Below are positions 35,580 to 47,266 of a DNA stretch of 52,649 bases, in pieces. The position numbers and the translations under genes were made by a program. Source of the stretch: Chiloscyllium plagiosum (taxonomy: Eukaryota). The notes beneath the pieces are model-generated. The model saw only the letters and a list, made by a program, of their open reading frames with translations, searched no databases and was not told where the DNA came from. The number at the start of each line of letters is the position of its first letter. Positions within the stretch are counted from its first letter, which is position 1. The stretch covers positions 10,259,667 to 10,312,315 of the forward strand of contig NC_057753.1 in the NCBI RefSeq assembly GCF_004010195.1, in the 5' to 3' direction.

Positions 35580-38553
35580 AGCAAAATTAAAAATCTCACA
35601 GCACCAGGTTATAACAATAGGGGTCATCTCAGTTCAGATAATGCATTGAAGGTGTGCACATGGAGCGGGTGAATGGCCTCTCCCCAGTGTGAACGTGTGT
35701 GGGTTTCCAGCATCATAGGGAAGGGAACCTTTTCTCACAGTCCCCACATTTCCACTTTTAGAAATACAATCAGTCTGACCTAACATTGAAACACAGACAG
35801 ACTTTATTTCTAAAAGTGGGAGCTACAGAATCTTACAAGGATTTATGCAGTTTTTGAGCAATTCAGAATAGAATGGACTACTGCAAGGAAGTGTCCAAGC
35901 AACTGACCAGGAACACTACAGGCCAAAGAGCACACCCGTGAACTAATAACTTTGATCAAGACTTTCAATCCAGTCCTTCAGAGTTCCCAAGTGCCCTCAT
36001 CCCACATATTCTCACAAAGGTGACTGCTACTGCCTTCCAAAGATACACAAAGCCAACACACCAGGACGTCCCATAGTATCAGGCAATGGGACCCTGTGTG
36101 AGAACCTCTCTGGTTATGTTGAAGGCATCTTTAAACCCATTGTACAGGGGTCCCCCAGCTTCTGTCACGACACTACAGATTTCTTCCAGAAACTCAGCAC
36201 CCACGGACCAGTCGAATCAGGAACATTCTTTGTCACAATGGACGTGTCAGTACTCTACACCAGTATTCCCCACGATGATGGCATCACGGTAACAGCCTCA
36301 GTACTCAATACCAACAACTGCCAATCTCTGAGCACTATCCTACAACTCATCTGCTTCATCCTTGACCACAACATTTTCACCTTTAACAACCAGTTCTTCA
36401 TCCACATACACGGAACAGCCATAGAGACCAAATTTGCACCACAGTATACCAACATTTTCATACACAGGTTTGAACGAGACTTCTTTTCTGCATAGGTACT
36501 CCAACCAACACAATACACCAGATCTATTGACGACATTTCTTCCTCTGGACCCATGGCGAGGAATCACTGAAACAGCTACATAGTGATATCAATACGTTTC
36601 ATCCCAACATCACAATCACCATGGACTTGTCTTTAGTATCTCTCTCATTCTTGGACACGTGCATCCCCATCAAGAATGGGCATCTCAGCACTTCTCTGTA
36701 CTGCAAACCCATGCATAACCTGACAGTGCTACACTTCTCTAGCTTCCACCTGAAACATGTTAAAACAGCCATCCACTACAGACAAGCCCTTCACATACAT
36801 ACGATCTACTCAGGTGAGGAGGAATGTGACAGACACTCGGAAGTACACAAGCATGCTCTCATAAGAAAGGGGCACAATGCTCAACTCATCAACTGCCAGT
36901 TCCAATGTGTAATGACCTCCTTAGGAGACAGGCACGAGCTGCAACCAATATGGTACCCTTTGTTGTCCAGTACTTCTCGGGAGCCAAAAGACTGTCACAT
37001 TCTTCACAGCCTGCAAAATATTATCGATGACAATGAGCATCTCGCCAAGACCTTCCCTATGCCTCCACGGTGGTACAGTGGTTAGCACTGCTGTATCACA
37101 GCGCCGGAGACCCGGGTTCAATTCCCACCTCAAGCGACTGACTGTGTGGAGTTTGCACGTTCTCCCAGTGTCTGCGTGGGTTTCCTCCGGGTGCTCCGGT
37201 TTCCTCCCACAGTCCAAAGATGTGCAGGTCAGGTGAATTAGCCATGCTAAATTGCCCATAGTGTTAGGTAAGGGGTATGGGTGGGTTGCGCTTCGGCGGG
37301 TCGGTGGGGACTTGTTGGGCCAAAGGGCCTGTTTCCACACTGTAATGTAATCTAATCTAAAAAAAAATCTAATCTTCTCACCTTCAAACCACCAAACCTT
37401 AAATAGATAATTGTTTGCAGCAATCTGCCTGGCCTTCAGGACAACATGATACAACTCTGTCATGGCAGTCACTGCAAAACGTGTCAGAGTTTACCATCAT
37501 TACACATGGGGATACCACCCACCATGAATGCGGCAGTTACTCATGTGACTCTGCCAACGTTGTTTATCTCATACGCTGCAGGCACTGATGCGCTGAAGCA
37601 TGGTATATTGGCAAGACCGAGCAGAGGTGACGGCATCGGATGAATGGACACTGCACAACAATCACCAGGCAGGAGCGTTCACTCCCAATCGGGGACACTT
37701 CAGTAGTACGGGACATTCAGCCTCGGACCTTCAGGTGACCATCCTCCAATTCAGGACAGGTAAAAACGCAAAGTGGCCAAGTAGAGGCTGATGGCCAAGT
37801 TCGGGTACCCATGGGGATGGCCTCAACCAGTACCTTGGGTTCATGTCACACTACATGTGACCCGACTACATTATACACACTCTCATATACACACACACGT
37901 GCTCTTCCAGACCAACACATTCATGCAGACTCTCTCTTATACACAAGTGCTCTCTCATATGCTCACACACACCCTCTCACAGACTTCTACCCTATTACAC
38001 AGACACACACTCACACCTTTCTCCCCCCCCCACACACACACACACACACACACACAGTTTCCCCTGTGCACGCGTACACACACACACACACACGTTTGTG
38101 GGGTGAATTTGTATCTGCAGTATTACATGTTATTTTGTTCAAAAACTGCATAAATCCACGTAAGATTCTATAACTCCCACTTTAGGAATAGAATCAATCT
38201 GACCGAACTTTGGGACACAGACTTTAAGTTCGTACCTTCAATGCATTACTTGAGCTGAGATGACACCTATTGTTAAAAACTATCTTGAGAATGTAACTTT
38301 AAAAAAGTTCTGGGAGTTAAAAAATGTTCTGGGATTTTCATATGAAGGAACCGAAACTATCATGGTCATTCTAAAAGACGTAAGCTCAATTTGTTTAACA
38401 TTACATTCCATGACACTGTAATCCTGTTGCTATAAAGTCTATGTCTAATCATTCTGCTCCATTACCACCCGATGAAGAAACAGCGCTTCGAAAGCTAGTG
38501 GTTCCATACAAACCTGTTGGACTATAACCTGGCGTTGTGTGATTTTTACCTTT
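35580..38553 (+). mobile_element. Decayed Penelope-like retroelement (RT, GIY-YIG and terminal repeat) with rearranged inverted 5' end
   Basis: LPKIHKANTPGRPIVSG, TMDVSVLYTSIPH, GTAIETKFAP.Y.NIF, RSIDD; GIY-YIG ..NVVYLIRC..WYIGKT..HFS; hammerhead motif at 38464-38502; inverted terminal pieces at 35580-35870. Confidence 0.9.
37066..37373 (+). mobile_element. HE1-like SINE inserted in the Penelope ORF
   Basis: A and B boxes, body and (AATCT)n tail as at 9604. Confidence 0.9.
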
Positions 38554-38579
38554 GAAAATCTGTCAGTCATAACCAGCAT

Positions 38580-38883
38580 CTCCATACTGCGCATGCTCCT
38601 CGGTGTCAGCAACCACTACGCATGCTCGCGGGTGTCAGTAAAACACTGCGCATGGCCCTATTACAAACGACAGCGTCCCAAGACCTTGTTTTGATGGACC
38701 AATGGGACGCACTGGAGGACCGGATGGAGATTGGTCCTCCTGCCAATCGCAGCAAACCCATAGTCTGGATGCGGAAGTTGGACCATGAGCTTTTGAAGAT
38801 GGTGTTGCCCCTCTCTCTGTCTAAATTCAGGTTGAGCTTCACCCCAGACTGCAATTTTCTTCCTCTCTCCAACATCTGTGAGT
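38580..38883 (+). promoter_or_regulatory. ZF-type promoter/first-exon module, copy 3 (probable exon 1 of intact ZF C)
   Basis: Three tandem ACT(G/A)CGCATG NRF1-like units (38586, 38615, 38645), CCAAT boxes, ETS GCGGAAGT (38771-38778), YY1-like AAGATGGT, and donor CT|GTGAGT at 38878. Confidence 0.72.
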
Positions 38884-39429
38884 ACAGCACTCTCTTTTCT
38901 CAACCCCTTTTCCATTCCGGGGTTCGCTGTTGACTTGCAGGAACGGAAGGGAAACGGAGTGAATCCAGGGAGGGGTCGGACTCATGAAAGTTAGTCCAGG
39001 CCTGTGTCTCAATTGAAAAGCACAGGAGAATTGACATTTCGGGCAGGAGACTTTCAACAGGAATGATGTGTGGATGTACAAAAGGGCCTCAGCATCCTTC
39101 TACACCAGTCAGTGCCAGTTGTCAGACAGGTGCAACAAACAGTGAGCAAGGCAAGTGGTATATTAGCAAGAGGAATTGAGTTGAGAAGTGGGGATGTCTT
39201 CCTGCAGTTAGGGCGTCATTGAATATACCCAAGGCTGAGTTAATCTGATTTTTGAACAACAAAGAAGTGGATGGTTATGGGGGAAGGCATGAAAATGGTT
39301 TTAAGACCAATACAGATCAGTTACAAAAACAGACCCTTCAGTCCAACTAGTCCATGCTGATTATGTTCTCAAAATAAACTAGCCCCACCCTGTTTAGCCC
39401 ATATCCCTCTGAACCTTTCTTGTTGGAGT

Positions 39430-42400
39430 CAGATGTACAGCACAGAAACAGACCCTTTGGTCCAACTTGTCCATGCCGACCAGTTATTCCAATCTTGTCC
39501 TATTTGTCAGCACTTGGCCCATATCCCTCTAAATCCTTCCTAAATCCAGATTCCTTTTAAATGCTGTAATTATACTCGCCTTCACCACTTCCTCTGACTA
39601 GTCATTCCATACACACACCACTCTTTGTGTGAAAAAGCTGCCCCATGGGTCCGTTTTATGTCCACCCCCACCCCCACCCCCACCCCAAACCTATGCCCTC
39701 TAGTTCTGGACTCTCCCCATCGCAGGTAGAAGACTTTGTCTATTTACCCAACCATGCCCCTCTGTAAAGTCACCCCTCAGCCTTCGATGCTCCAGGGAAA
39801 ACAGTGCCAGCCTATGCAGCCTCACATGAGAGCGTAAGTCTTTCAAACTTGGCAACATCCTGGTAAATTGTTTTTGATCCCTTTCAAGTTTTACAACATC
39901 CTTCTGTTGGGAAGGAGACCAGAGTTGCATACAATATTCCAAACATGGCCTCACCAATGTCCTGCACAGCTGCAACATCACCTCCCAACTCCTTTACTCA
40001 ATGCTCTAACCAATAAAGGAAAGCATACCAAATGCTGCCTTCACTATCCTATCTATCTGCAACTCTATCTTCAAGGAGCTATGAACCTGCACTTCAAGGT
40101 CTCTTTGTTCAACAACACTCCCCAGGACCTTACCATATAGTGTATAGGTCCTACTCTGATTTGTTTTTCCAAAATTCAGCACATCACATTTATCCAAGTT
40201 AAATTTCATCATTCATGTACTTATCCAAATATCTTTCAAATGTTTTCACTGTACCTGCATCACTTCTTCCTCTGGACATTCGTTCCACACACAAATGACG
40301 CTCTATGGAAAACAAGTGGTGCCCCTCATGTTTTTTTAAAATCCTTTTCCTCTCTTCAAAATTTAGTCCCTTTTCTTGAATCCCCACCCCAGGGAAAGGA
40401 TGTCCGCTGTTCACATCTATATACCTCATAATTTTGTCATCCTCTAAAAGGTCACCACTCAACCTCCTCTGCTCCAGTGAGAAAAACCTCCAGCGTATTC
40501 ACCAAGATGTTAGGTGTATTCATATCCACTTATGATCTGTTCAATGCTGGTGCAGGCTCGAAAGGTTAAATGGCCTACTCCTGCTGCCAATTCTCACACT
40601 CCTAGTCCAGGACAGTAAGAGACCATTAAACACAGGAGCAGAAATTAGGCCTTTCAGCCATCGGGACTGCTCCGCCATTAAATCCTGGCTGATAAGTTTC
40701 TCAATCCCATTCACCCATTTTCTACCCATAACCCTCGATTCCACATGATACTCAAGAACCTATCTACCTCTGTTTTAAATATATTCAGTGACCTGGCCTC
40801 CACTGCCTTCTGTAGCAGTGAATTCCATATGTTCACCACTCTTTGGCTGAAAAGGTTTCTCCTTATACTTGTTCTAAATCACCTTCCCTTTACTCTAAAG
40901 CTGTGCCCTCAGGTCCTAATCTCTTCCCCCCACTCCCCCCACTCCCCAGGGAGACAGGATAGTGAAGAAGGCATTTGGTACGCTTTCCTTCATTGGTCAG
41001 AGCATTGAGTACAGGGTTTGGGAGGTCATGTCATGGCTGCACAGGACATAGGTTGGGCTACTTTTGGAATATTGTGTGCAATTCTGGTCACCCTCCTATG
41101 GAAGAATGTTGTGAAACTTGAAAGGGTTCAGAAAAGATTTACAAGGATATTTGCAGAGCTGTAGGGAGAGGCTGAATAGGCCAGAGATAATTTCCCTGGA
41201 GCATCGGGACCTGAGGAGTGACCTTATAGAAGTTTATAAGGAGTATGGATAGGGTGAATAGCCAAAATCTTTTCCCCAATGTAGGGGGAGTCAAAAACTA
41301 GAGTTTCGTGTGAGAGGGGAAAGATTTAAGATGGACCTGAGGGGCAATGTTTTCACGTACATTTATTGAATGAGCTGCCAGTGGAAGTGGTGGAGACTGC
41401 TACAAAATACAACATTTAAAAGGCACCTGGATGGCTATATGAATAGGAAGGATTTAGAGGGATGTGAGTCAAATGCTGGCAAGTGGACTAGTGTAGTTTA
41501 GGATATCTGGTCAGCGCAGATGAGTTGGACCGAAGGGATTGTTTCCGTGCTGTATGACTCTAATTGTCATCGGTGAAAGCAGAAGTGTCGTTGTGGAGAC
41601 TGGCCTTTCAGAGCAGCTTTCAAAGATGTTTTCCCTTCCTGGAGACAGAAGTTACTGTGAGATCTTTCAGTTGTGAGACAGCAACTGAGTGAGTGAGTGA
41701 GTACATCCTGGATTTTGGTGGAAAGTGGGAATTCATTGCACTGTGGGGATGAATTGCTTTAAGGTTTACCGGCAGTTAGTAAAGTGTGCTGAGCGGGGAG
41801 CTGAGTGTAAGGGTAGGTAGGTATTTTTATTTTAAACTAATTTTTTTCAGCCTCCAACATTTATTTCCAATGCTGTTCATCAGAAGGAGCGGTGGTATCG
41901 TTAGAAGCCTTACGAATTTCAGTACTGCAAGTATTGCATTGTTTAATCAGCATTGCAAAGGTTACTGGCAGCAGCGGGAGGTGTGGGCTGTCTTCACTAG
42001 AAATTATTAAGAAGTTGGATAACACACATACGAGAGTTGGACTTGTCTTTGGATTGGCAGAAGGTGGGAGGCTTTAGGGCAAACACAACTGCGGTAAATC
42101 ATAGAAGCCCTACAGTGTGGCAGCAGGCCATTCAGCCCATCGAGTCCATGCTGACCCCTCCGAAAAGCAAACACCCACCACCTTCACTATCCTGTCTACC
42201 TGCGACTCCACTGTCAAGAACTATGAACCTGCTATAGAGTCATGCAGCATGGAAACAGACCTTCGGTCTAACCAATCCATGCCGACAATAATCCCAAATT
42301 AAACTAGTCTCTCCTGCCTGCTCCTGGCCTGTATCCCTCCAAACATTTCCTATTCATGTACTTAAACAAATGTCTTTTAACTGTACCTGCATCCACCACT

Positions 42401-42915
42401 TTCTCAGCAAGTCTATTCCACATGTGAACCACCCTCTGTGTAAAATTAGTATTTGAATGGCAAGGATTGAAAGGTTAGAAAAGATTTACAAGGACATTTC
42501 CAGGGTTGGAGGGTTTGAGCTACAGGGAGAGGCAGCATAGATTGGGCTGTTTTCCCTGGAGCATTGGAGGCTTATAGAAGTTTATAAAATCATGAGGTCT
42601 TTTCCCTGGGGTAGGGGAGTCCAGAACTCGAAAGCAGAGGTTGAGGATGAGAGGGGAAAGATTTAAGATTATCTAAGGGGCAACTTTTTCACGCAGAGGG
42701 TGGTGCGTATGTTGAATGAGCTGCCAGAGGGAAGTGGTGGAGGCTGGTACAATGACAACATTGAAAAGGCCTCTGGATAGGTGTTTGAATAGGAAGGGTT
42801 TAGAGGGACATGGGCCAAGTGCTGGTAAATGCGGCTAGATTAATTTTGGATATCGGGTCGGCATGGGTGAGTTGAACCGAAGGATCTGTTTCCGTGCTGT
42901 ACATCTCTATGACAC
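39430..42915. mobile_element. Patchwork of CR1 3' fragments on both strands
   Basis: Repeated LVRP.LEYC, GDL.E.YK and standard tails (39430-40500 -, 40620-40920 -, 40950-41540 +, 42180-42440 -, 42470-42915 +). A partial ZF 3'UTR module lies at ~41845-42000. Confidence 0.8.
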
Positions 42916-43699
42916 TGAGGTTGAATAAGTCCTGATCTGATTTATATTTCCAAAATACAGCACCTTACATTTATCTGCCTTAAACTCCATCTGCCACTTT
43001 TCAGCACATTGGCCCATCTGGTCAAGATCCTGTTTTAATCAGAGGTAACCTTCTTCACTGTCCACTATCCTCCAAATTCGGTGTCATCTACAAACTTACC
43101 AACTATACCCACTATGTTCACATCCAAATCATTTATATAAATGATGAAAAGTAGTGGACTCAGCACCGATCCTTGTGGCACACCACTGGTCACAGGCCTC
43201 CAGTCTGAAAAGCAACCATCCACTACCCATCCTCTTTCCTATTTTACACCACAAGGGTTTAGAGGGACATGGGCCAAGTGCTGGTAAATGCGGCTAGATT
43301 AATTTTGGATATTGGGTCGGCATGGGTGAGTTGAACCGAAGGATCTGTTTCCGTGCTGTACATCTCTATGACACTGAGGTTGAATAAGTCCTGATCTGAT
43401 TTGCATTTCCAAAATACAGCACCTTACATTTATCTGCATTAAACTCCATCTGCCACTTTTCAGCACATTGGCCCATCTGGTCAAGATCCTGTTTTAATCA
43501 GAGGTAACCTTCTTCGCTGTCCACTATCCTCCAAATTCGGTGTCATCTGCAAACTTACTAACTATACCCACTATGTTCACATCCAAATCATTTATATAAA
43601 TGATGAAAAGTAGTGGACTCAGCACCGATCCTTGTGGCACACCACTGGTCACAGGCCTCCAGTCTGAAAAGCAACCATCCACTACCCATCCTCTTTCCT
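42794..43699 (+). repeat. 447-bp tandem duplication with 12-bp filler
   Basis: aagggtttagagggacatggg...catcctctttcct at 42794-43240 and 43253-43699; spacer attttacaccac. Confidence 0.95.
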
Positions 43700-45370
43700 C
43701 TACCTTCAAGCCAGTTCTGTATCCAGTTGACTAGTTCTCCCAGTATTTTATGAGATCTTGCTAACAATCTTCCACGCGGAACTTTGTTGAATGCCATATA
43801 GATGACACCCACCACTCTGCTTCATCGATCCTCTTTGTTACTTCTTCAAAAAACTCGGTCAAGTTTGTAGATATGATTTCCCATGCACAAAGCTATGCTG
43901 ACTATCCCTAATCAAACCTTGCCTTTTGAAATACATGGAGATCCTGTTTCACAGGATTCCCCCAACAACTTGCCTATCACCGGTGTCAGGTTCACTGGTC
44001 TATAGTTCCCTGGCTTTTCCTTACCACCTTTCTTAAATAGTGGCACCACATGAGCCAACCTCCAGTCTTCCAGAACCGCTCCTGTGACTATTGATGATAC
44101 AAATATCTCAGCGAGAGGCCCAGCAATCATTTCCCTAGTTTCCCTAGCTCAGGTCTTGGGGATTTATCCACTTTTCTGGTGTTTCAAGACATCCAGCACC
44201 ACCACCTCTGTAATATGGACATTTTCCAAGATGTCACCATCTATGTCCCTGAATTCTATATCTTCCATAGTAAACACACTGATGCAAAATACTCATTTAG
44301 TATCTTCCCCCATCTCCTCTGGCTCCACACATAGGCTGCCTTGCTGATCTTTAAAGGGCTGAAAATGTGTTGCTGGAAAAGCACAGCAGGTCAGGCAGCA
44401 TCCAAGGAGCAGGAGAATTGACGTTTCGGGCATAAGCCCTTCTTCAGGGCCCTTCTTTAAAGAGCCATATTCTCTTCCTAGTTACCCTTTTGTCCTTAAT
44501 GTATTTATAAAAACTCTTCTAATTCTCCTTAACCCTATTTGCCAAAGTTATTTCATGACCCCCTTTCACTCCTGATTTCCTTCTTAAGTATACTCCTACT
44601 GCCTTTATACTCTTCTAAGGATTTATTTAATTTCTCCTATCCATACTTGTCATATGCTTCCATCTTTTTATGAGCCAAAACCACAATTTTCTCTGGTCGT
44701 CCAGTATTCCCTACACCTACCAGCCTTTTCTTTCACCCTAACAGGAATATACTGTCTCTGAACTCTTGTTATCTCATTTCTGAAGGCTTCCCATTTTCCA
44801 GCCGTCCCTTTACCTGCGAACATTTGCCCCAAATCAGTTTTTGGATGTTCTTGCCTAATACCATCAAAATTAGCCTCCCTCCAATTTAGAACTTCGACTT
44901 TTAGACCCTTTGTCATCACTATTTTAAATACAGTACAATTATGGTCACTGACCGCAAAGTGCTCCTGCATTGACACCTCAGTCACCTGCCCTGCCTTATT
45001 TCTCAACAGTAGATCAGGTTTTGCATCTTCTGTAGTAGGAACATCCACACAATGACTCGGAAAATTTTCTTGTCCACGCTTAACAAATTCCTCTTGATCT
45101 AAACCCTGAACGCTGGCAGTCTCAATCAACGTTTGTAAAGTTAAAATCCCTTACCATGGCCATCCTATTATTCTTACAGATAACTGAAATCTCCTTACAA
45201 ATTTGTTTCTCAATTTCCTGCTGACTATTAGAGGGCCTATATTATAATCCCATTAAAGTAATTATCCCTTTCTTATTTCTCAGTTCCACCCAAATAACTC
45301 CTCTGGATATATTCCTAAGAATATCCTCCCTAAGTACAGCAGTAATACTATCCCTTATCATAACGCCACT
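43380..45370 (-). mobile_element. CR1 LINE ORF2 (endonuclease to RT), decayed
   Basis: Minus ORFs [30 protein letters not shown] and DWRLAHVVPLFKKGGKEKPGNYRPV. Same subfamily as 17025-19315. Confidence 0.92.
44358..44448 (-). mobile_element. Penelope-derived short insert with intact hammerhead core
   Basis: Minus strand 44447-44420 reads CTGAAGA-A-GGGC-TTAT-GCCC-GAAACGTC. ctttaaag is repeated on both sides. Confidence 0.8.
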
Positions 45371-45374
45371 CCCC

Positions 45375-45616
45375 CACCTATCACCTTCATCCCCTCCCCC
45401 ACTCACCTATTGTACTCTATGCTACTTTCTCCCCACAACCACCCTCCTCTCACTTATCTCTCCACCCTTCAGGCTCTCTGCCTTTATTCCTGATGATGGG
45501 CTTTTGCCCGAAACGTCGATTTTACTGTCCCTCTGATGCTGCCTGAACTGCTGTGCTCTTCCAGCACCACTAATCCAGAATCTGGTTTCCAGCATCTGCA
45601 GTCATTGTTTTTACCT
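45375..45616 (+). mobile_element. Penelope terminal repeat
   Basis: C-rich leader, hammerhead motif, and the end ...ccagcatctgcagtcattgtttttacc. Confidence 0.8.
45484..45523 (+). ncRNA. Minimal type I hammerhead ribozyme motif (Penelope-type)
   Basis: CTGATGA (45490-45496), one extra nucleotide, stem II GGGC-TTTT-GCCC, GAAAC, GTC cleavage triplet, and loopless palindromic stem III (ACGT). Stem I is weak. Confidence 0.7.
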
Positions 45617-46366
45617 AGTTTAATTTATCAGTCCTACCTTGTTCTCTGCTTTATTCCTTCCTGCCCTGACTGTTTGACTCACTCCCTTTCCCAACTGTAG
45701 GTTGATCTCTTTCCTCACTATTTTCCTGGGACCCATTCCCCAACTTGCTCATTCAGCAACTTTACTGGCTTTCTTTCTGCAAGCAGTCTTGATATTTTAT
45801 TTTCATTCCTTGTTTCAGCACCTTTGTCGGCAGCTTATTCCAGGTCATTGTCACCTAAATAAAATTTTCCTCCATACACACTTAAGGCCATTTGGCTGCA
45901 TGAGGGTTTTCAGGCTTCTCTGTCCTGGATAATGTGTGATCAGCAAGCAACTGGCTGCTGATTTACAGGAATTGCCATCAATGCTGTTTATTTAACTGTA
46001 CTGACAGTGATCACTTATTTTGTGAATTTGTTTTTGCAGGAAGACATGTAAAAAGAAATTTGAAAGCACTTGATACATCAATTTCTGACAGAGCCCCTTG
46101 ATTCATTGGGACTTGAATATCAGCAACCATTCCAATTGAGAAGAAATGTTTGCTTTTGGCTGCTTGAGAGATTTTGGACACTGGTGCGGCAGGAAAAATA
46201 CTGAGATAACTGAGTGAGAGAGATTCGGTGCGCTGACTGTGGAGAGTGCTTCAAACCATTTTGTCAGCTTGGGAGATCAAAATCTCCCCCCTCATGGTGG
46301 GGAGAGACCGTGTACCCATTCTGTTTGTAATTTCAAACCCAGACTGACACAAGGAAAGCTCTCCCC

Positions 46367-47266
46367 ATGGGGAAACCGTGGAAATGTGGGGACTGTGGGA
46401 AAGGATTCCCTTCCCCTTCGGTGCTGGAAATTCACAGACGTGTTCACACCGGGGAGAGGCCGTTTGTCTGCCACCGTTGCGGGAAAGGATTCATTCAGTT
46501 GTCTCAGCTGCAGACACACCAGCGTGTTCACACCGGGGAGAAGCCGTTCACCTGCTCAGTGTGCGGGAAGGGGTTCGCGAATTCTTCCAACCTGAGGGCA
46601 CACCAGCGGGTCCACACTGGAGAGAAGCCGTACACGTGCTTGGTGTGTGAGAAGGGATTTGCTCATTCATCTGCACTGCTGAGGCACCAGCGGGTCCACA
46701 CTGGGGAGAGGCCGTTCACTTGTTCAGAGTGCGGGAAGACTTTCCGTCGTACGAGCAACTTGCGGAGGCACGAGCGGGTCCACACGGGGGAGAGGCCCTT
46801 CAGGTGCCCCGAGTGCGGGCAGGGGTTCAGTCAGATGAGTGACCTGCGTAATCACGAGCGGATCCACACGGGGGAGAGGCCCTTCACCTGCCCAGAGTGC
46901 GGGAAGACCTTCGGTCGTGTCGGTAACCTGCGGATGCACCAGCGGGTCCACACTGGGGAGAGGCCATTCACCTGCACCAAGTGTGAGAAGGCCTTCCGTC
47001 ATGTGGGCGACCTGCGGAGGCACCAGCGGGTCCACGCTGGGGAGAGGCCATTCACCTGCATTGAGTGTGGGATTAGATTCCAACATGAACGCAACTTACA
47101 GAATCACGAGTGGGAGAGGCCATTCACCTGCCCAGAGTGCGAGAAGGGATTCATTGATTCTTCCGGCCTGCTGACCCACCAGCAGGTCCACACGGGGGAA
47201 GAGGCCGTTCACCTGCCCAGAGGGTGGGAAGGGATTCAGTCATGTGAGCAATTTACAGCAGTATGA
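46367..47266 (+). CDS. Poly-C2H2 zinc-finger protein C (9 canonical fingers plus 1 degenerate; no KRAB/SCAN seen)
   Basis: 299-aa ORF with CX2CX12HX3H repeats and TGE(R/K)PF linkers. Finger 9 lacks its second His (HEWERPF) and an 11th finger is out of frame. Acceptor tttgcag| at 46039 and AATAAA at 47311-47316. Confidence 0.93.
   Translation: MGKPWKCGDCGKGFPSPSVLEIHRRVHTGERPFVCHRCGKGFIQLSQLQTHQRVHTGEKPFTCSVCGKGFANSSNLRAHQRVHTGEKPYTCLVCEKGFAHSSALLRHQRVHTGERPFTCSECGKTFRRTSNLRRHERVHTGERPFRCPECGQGFSQMSDLRNHERIHTGERPFTCPECGKTFGRVGNLRMHQRVHTGERPFTCTKCEKAFRHVGDLRRHQRVHAGERPFTCIECGIRFQHERNLQNHEWERPFTCPECEKGFIDSSGLLTHQQVHTGEEAVHLPRGWEGIQSCEQFTAV

Noticed and set aside
41590..41830. Possible CR1 5'UTR or promoter segment
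   Set aside because: Resemblance is only impressionistic; no diagnostic motif to support a call.
38600..46366. Upstream KRAB, SCAN or BTB coding exon for ZF C
   Set aside because: No such motif recognised in any listed ORF; the interval is almost entirely LINE fragments. A short divergent exon cannot be excluded without an HMM search.
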